Assembly: GCA_964247055.1 (NCBI GenBank)
Contig: OZ176053.1
Location: forward strand, 8,742,001-8,806,000
Length of the DNA: 64,000 bases
Direction of reading: 5' to 3'
DNA from: Paragordius varius
Taxonomy: Eukaryota; Animalia; Nematomorpha
The notes below the pieces were generated by a model, which saw only the letters and a program-made list of their open reading frames with translations, was not told where the DNA came from and made no database searches. The position numbers and the translations under genes are program-made. Below are positions 59,956 through 64,000 of the stretch, piece after piece (the stretch's first letter is position 1; every line of letters starts with the position of its first letter).

Positions 59956-62900
59956 ACAAATATATAAGTAAATGGGATATTTATAACTTTTTAATTCAAA
60001 TGTAAAGTTATATATGTAACGCCTTGAGTTAAAATATTCATAAAAAGATTGAGAATAAGCGCAAAACAACCACCTGTAGTATATAAGGTCCATACTGACA
60101 TGCTTCAAAGTAACCCGGAGCAGCGGACGAGGCTTGGCAAGCCTGAACGACTGTGGCGTCAAATGTGCCCGGGTAAGGAAAATCAAACGTGCTTGGGTGT
60201 GAATAATTCCGAAACACAAAAGGGTGAGGTATGGTTGCATTAACCGCAACGGATATTAAGGAAATCTGTGAGTAAGCATAGGACAGAACATTTTATAGCT
60301 GGTAAAATAATCGGCAAAAAGGAAAACGATAGTAATGGCCGACTCAGGCGCACAACTTTTATATTTAGCTTATGGCAAAAAACAACAAAGTTTGCCAATA
60401 ATTATTAATGATAAAATATAGGGAAAATTGTTAAATTTCAACCATTTTCTATTATATGTCTGTACAATTTTAACTGTTAAAGATGTTTAATTTATTCACC
60501 AACAAATCTTGATAAGCTATTTGTATTTAATGATTAAGAACATAAATACTATTAATTTGATATCGAAAAAAATTGAAACACTCGATAAATATTTTTTTGT
60601 AAAATTAGGGCTATTTTTAACGCATATTCGTGCGACAAAATAGTAAATATCAGTAAACTGTTTATTATTATTAATTAATGTCATATCAAATTATTTTTTA
60701 ATGAACTAAATAATTTAAGAGTTAAATATAATTCCACAATATTAAACAATGTTGTGCAAGAGAATAAATAATGAGCACAAATAACCAATATATACGAACC
60801 AAGGTATCAAAATTTTGCAAGAGTTTTTTTATTAAAAAAAATTATGCTATAATCAATCAGCTAAGATCAAAAAATTACTATATATATATATATATATATA
60901 TACTTTTAAAAAAATCTACACCCTCTTACTGCAGTCATAATTTTTTTTCAATAATTTATGAAATGTGTCTTATTTCTGATTTGGCAAATTCAAATTTGTG
61001 TCATAATGAATAAATAATAAAAATAAAAGTTTAATTATATCACCATAAAATGTCATGATTTCTTGTATACTACAAAATTATTTCAAAAGCGAGTCTGGAT
61101 GTATAATTTCCAAATCATGCTCTAAAAGTTCTAACGGTCTTAATAAGGGCAGTTTAACACATTTCTTTTAATTTTGTAAAATGAGTATATATTATTTTTT
61201 TCCCAAATAGTGGGTATTTTGATTTTTACCAATATTTTGTTAGTATTCGTTAACTTAGATGATATCATAGGTGATTCACTAGGCTTGGAACCTTGTTATA
61301 TGCAATTAGTATATAAAAATTTATCTGCCTGATTAAAAATGCTTTAAGAGCACAGCAACATCCCTGTCAGAACTTTCGGGCATATGGTCTTGAGTTAAAT
61401 TTTGAAACCAATCATAAAATTTAAATGGGAATATGACCACATATGCCAGAGATACTTGGGACAACAACAAACTGATATCTCATTACAGCCGAAAATTAGG
61501 TTAGTTATTAACGATTGATAATGCGCTCAAACGATTCCTATTATAATAATATTACACACATATGCAGGAATTCTGATTATTTAATGCAAAAATACTACAC
61601 TCATTATGTCCAGCTTAAGAAAAACCCAGACTTATTTGATTTAAACAACTGACCCAAGATCCAATTTAATATCGGACATGAATAAATTTAACATTGTAGA
61701 AGGTTATGGCAACTCCCGAAACTATATGAAATAAATCGCGATTGATTGGTTAAAATAAAATTAATATTACTATTAATACTTCATTAATTTTTTGTACTAA
61801 CATTTTAGGGTATTTTCTAACCCATAGCTTAATAAACTACTGTTTTGAAAGTTGTTTTGGTTAAAATTTAATCAGCCTTCTTCTGCTGTATTAGACAAAA
61901 ACTTATTTTTGGCTTTCAACTTCTAAAGCTCCTGATTCGGGTCATGTAAACAGATGATTTATAAATAAACTTACTGGTTAATTGTAATTAAAAGCTTTCC
62001 AAAGTCTATTTATATTGCCATAATATACATTTATATATCTGTGGTATTTGCGATTTAAAAGAATAAGGAAATGAGTGGTGGCCAAAAGATTGAAATGAGG
62101 ATTTTTTGCAATTTTATATTTTTTAAAAATTATCATGCGCCTAAAATACTAAAGAAAGTATATTTTAAAATTTGGTCCAATGCTAAAAATATTTTTTATT
62201 TATTTTTAACTAGTCCTGGGGCAATCATCACCCTCGGGATATTTTTATACTCCAAAGCCATTTAAAAACCTTTAAAATTACTTTCAACATTGAGCCAAAT
62301 TTATAAACATGTATTTTGCAGCCTTTCAGGCGTATGATACAAAAAAAATCTCTATCTCAAACCTTTTAGCGCCATTTTATCTTTAATTTTTTAAATACAA
62401 AAGGCATATAAAATATTATGGTTAAAAATATTAAAAATAATCTGAGAAAGCTGCTTCTAAATTATAATTTACCAGCAAATTTTTGTTATTATTGTTTAAT
62501 ATATGGTCGCTTCAATTGTGTCTTGGAGTTATCTAAACTTGGGACTCTTTAGTTCTATAAGTTAAAAAAGGTAACAATTTTAAGTTTTTTTATTAATACG
62601 GAAGTGAGGTTAATTAAATTTTAACCAAAACAGTCCAAATAGTATGTTTTATTTTTATCTATGGGTAAGAAACTACCCCAAAATGTCATAGCGCACTAAT
62701 GAAAATGTAATGAGGTCAAACTACCCTTAAAGGCGAGTATTAAATAAAAATGTTATTTGATAAAAAAAATCGTTTTATGTTTATAAATACATTTCACCCT
62801 TATTAATAATAGGAAGTTTGCATTGATAATACAATGATAACCTTGGGACAATTAATATCTTTAGATGTTGATAGTAATGTGGTGGTTTTGAATTCTTTGC

Positions 62901-63645
62901 TTAAAAAATCAACCAAAACTTGACTATCATAGTAAGAATGCTTCCAAACAAGCTTACTTGCTCCGATTAATCTAAAAATTATAAGTGTAACTGACCTGTT
63001 TCTTTCAAAAATAATACCACTTAATTCCTTGTATATATTAATTGCATTTCGGATACTTATTTTTTGTAAACCAACTAAACATGCAATGATAGCTCCGGTA
63101 CTTGTTCCAGAGATATAATCAAATAGTTCATATATCTTTTTGCCTGATCTTTTTTCTATTTCATCAAGTAGGGATAATGAAAGTAACCCACTAAATAATA
63201 ATAAAAAATACCGACTTCCGCCACCATCGATGCTTAAAATACAAATGCCTTCATTGTGTAACGTTTTAAACCTTCCCAATAGGGCATCTAACTGATTTTT
63301 CGATTCGATTTCTTTCCCATTATTATTAATGCGAATCCTTAAATTTTCCTGAAATTATAAAAGAGATACCTTTTGTAACAATTGCTTGGCTATTGGATAT
63401 TTAATTATAAAGTTAGTTAATTCATCAATGCGATTGGAAAGGGAATCTTCGTGCTTGGTATTATGGATAGAGTTGATGATAGAAATAAGTCTCAAGCGTA
63501 ATTGAGTTTTGGATAGGACATCTTGGGGTTTGTATACATTTTTTTCTGGCTCATCGTTTTTTATAAATGGTTTAATGATGAGCAACTTAGTAAAATTATA
63601 TAATTTATCACTATCAAAAATTGTGCTATAATGTTTTGGTAACAT
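58264..63645 (-). CDS. PNPLA8: Calcium-independent phospholipase A2-gamma (patatin domain)
   Basis: Exons 63645-63370, 63348-63212, 63190-62996, 62971-62842, 60265-60074, 59455-59359, 59240-59136, 58508-58264. Motifs: SIDGGGSR|G, GTSTG nucleophile, [36 protein letters not shown]. The true start may lie further upstream. Confidence 0.93.
58555..59050. mobile_element. Solo arm of the palindromic repeat family (PNPLA8 intron); boundaries approximate
   Basis: 58676-58990 aligns by eye with the reverse complement of 44550-44870 and of 61990-62150 (e.g. TTTAAATCGCTAATGCAA, CAAAAACTTGAT..ATTTTGATTTTA.TATCAG.TGTTCGT). Confidence 0.65.
61780..62730. mobile_element. Long-armed palindromic element, copy B (PNPLA8 intron); boundaries approximate
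   Basis: The left arm (about 61780-62150) and right arm (about 62310-62730) are inverted, e.g. CATTTTAGGGTATTTTCTAACCCATAG vs CTATGGGTAAGAAACTACCCCAAAATG. The right end is ...ACTACCCTTAA. Confidence 0.6.
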
Positions 63646-63676
63646 TATATAGTCTAATACATGACTCGTATATCAT

Positions 63677-63779
63677 GTCAGGATGGCCGAGCGGTCTAAG
63701 GCGCCAGACTCAAGGTTTAACCTTAAATGAGTGTTCTGGTCCTCGAATGAGGGCGTGGGTTCAAATCCCACTTCTGACA
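63677..63779 (+). tRNA. tRNA-Leu-CAA: tRNA-Leu(CAA) with a 19-nt intron (63715-63733)
   Basis: GTCAGGATGGCCGAGCGGTCTAAGGCGCCAGACT-CAA-G, intron, then TTCTGGTC, long variable arm, GGGTTCAAATCCC and ACTTCTGACA. The acceptor stem pairs and the sequence is near-identical to canonical eukaryotic tRNA-Leu(CAA). Confidence 0.97.
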
Positions 63780-63780
63780 A

Positions 63781-63787
63781 TTTTTTT
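63781..63787 (+). terminator. RNA polymerase III oligo-T terminator
   Basis: T7 run immediately 3' of the tRNA gene. Confidence 0.85.
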
Positions 63788-64000
63788 ATATTTTAGTATA
63801 TACACTCATAAAATTATCACCCTTTTTCAATCTAAAAAACAATATCAAGCAGAAACATCATTTTTCCAACTATTAATACTAAATTGGTTTTTAAACAATT
63901 TAACGTAATTGTACCCATTTGTATTTAATAATCTATGTTTTTCAGATGAACTTTATTTTATCTAAAACAATATATTTTTTAGTTTTGGAGTTGTTTTAAA

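Overview
Very AT-rich animal (metazoan) genomic DNA with spliceosomal introns. I cannot name the species from sequence alone. There are no prokaryotic or viral features. Six host protein-coding genes are recognisable: the 3' part of a dystrophin (+, <1-21667), IST1 (-), MRPL37 (-), a highly divergent IFT140 (+), a two-kinase-domain RSK/RPS6KA (+) and PNPLA8/iPLA2-gamma (-). There are also an intron-containing tRNA-Leu(CAA) and two orphan ORFs. Mobile DNA includes a near-full-length RTE LINE with TSD and tail, a hAT deletion derivative with a nested MITE, a Penelope-like remnant, a LINE 3' fragment, several MITEs and a long-armed palindromic repeat family. The strongest unexpected signal is a class of ultra-short 21-25 nt GT-AG introns: at least 7-8, in four genes. 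They are forced by reading frame or motif restoration and coexist with ordinary introns of about 63 nt or more. Other highlights: a ~400-codon candidate alternative first exon in the dystrophin intron equivalent to human DMD intron 55 (Dp116/Dp186-like isoform), apparent loss of the dystrophin C-terminal coiled coils, and a ~50-aa insertion in the RSK N-terminal kinase activation loop. Exon structures were assembled by eye. Homologue sequences are recalled from memory and need confirmation by alignment and RNA-seq.
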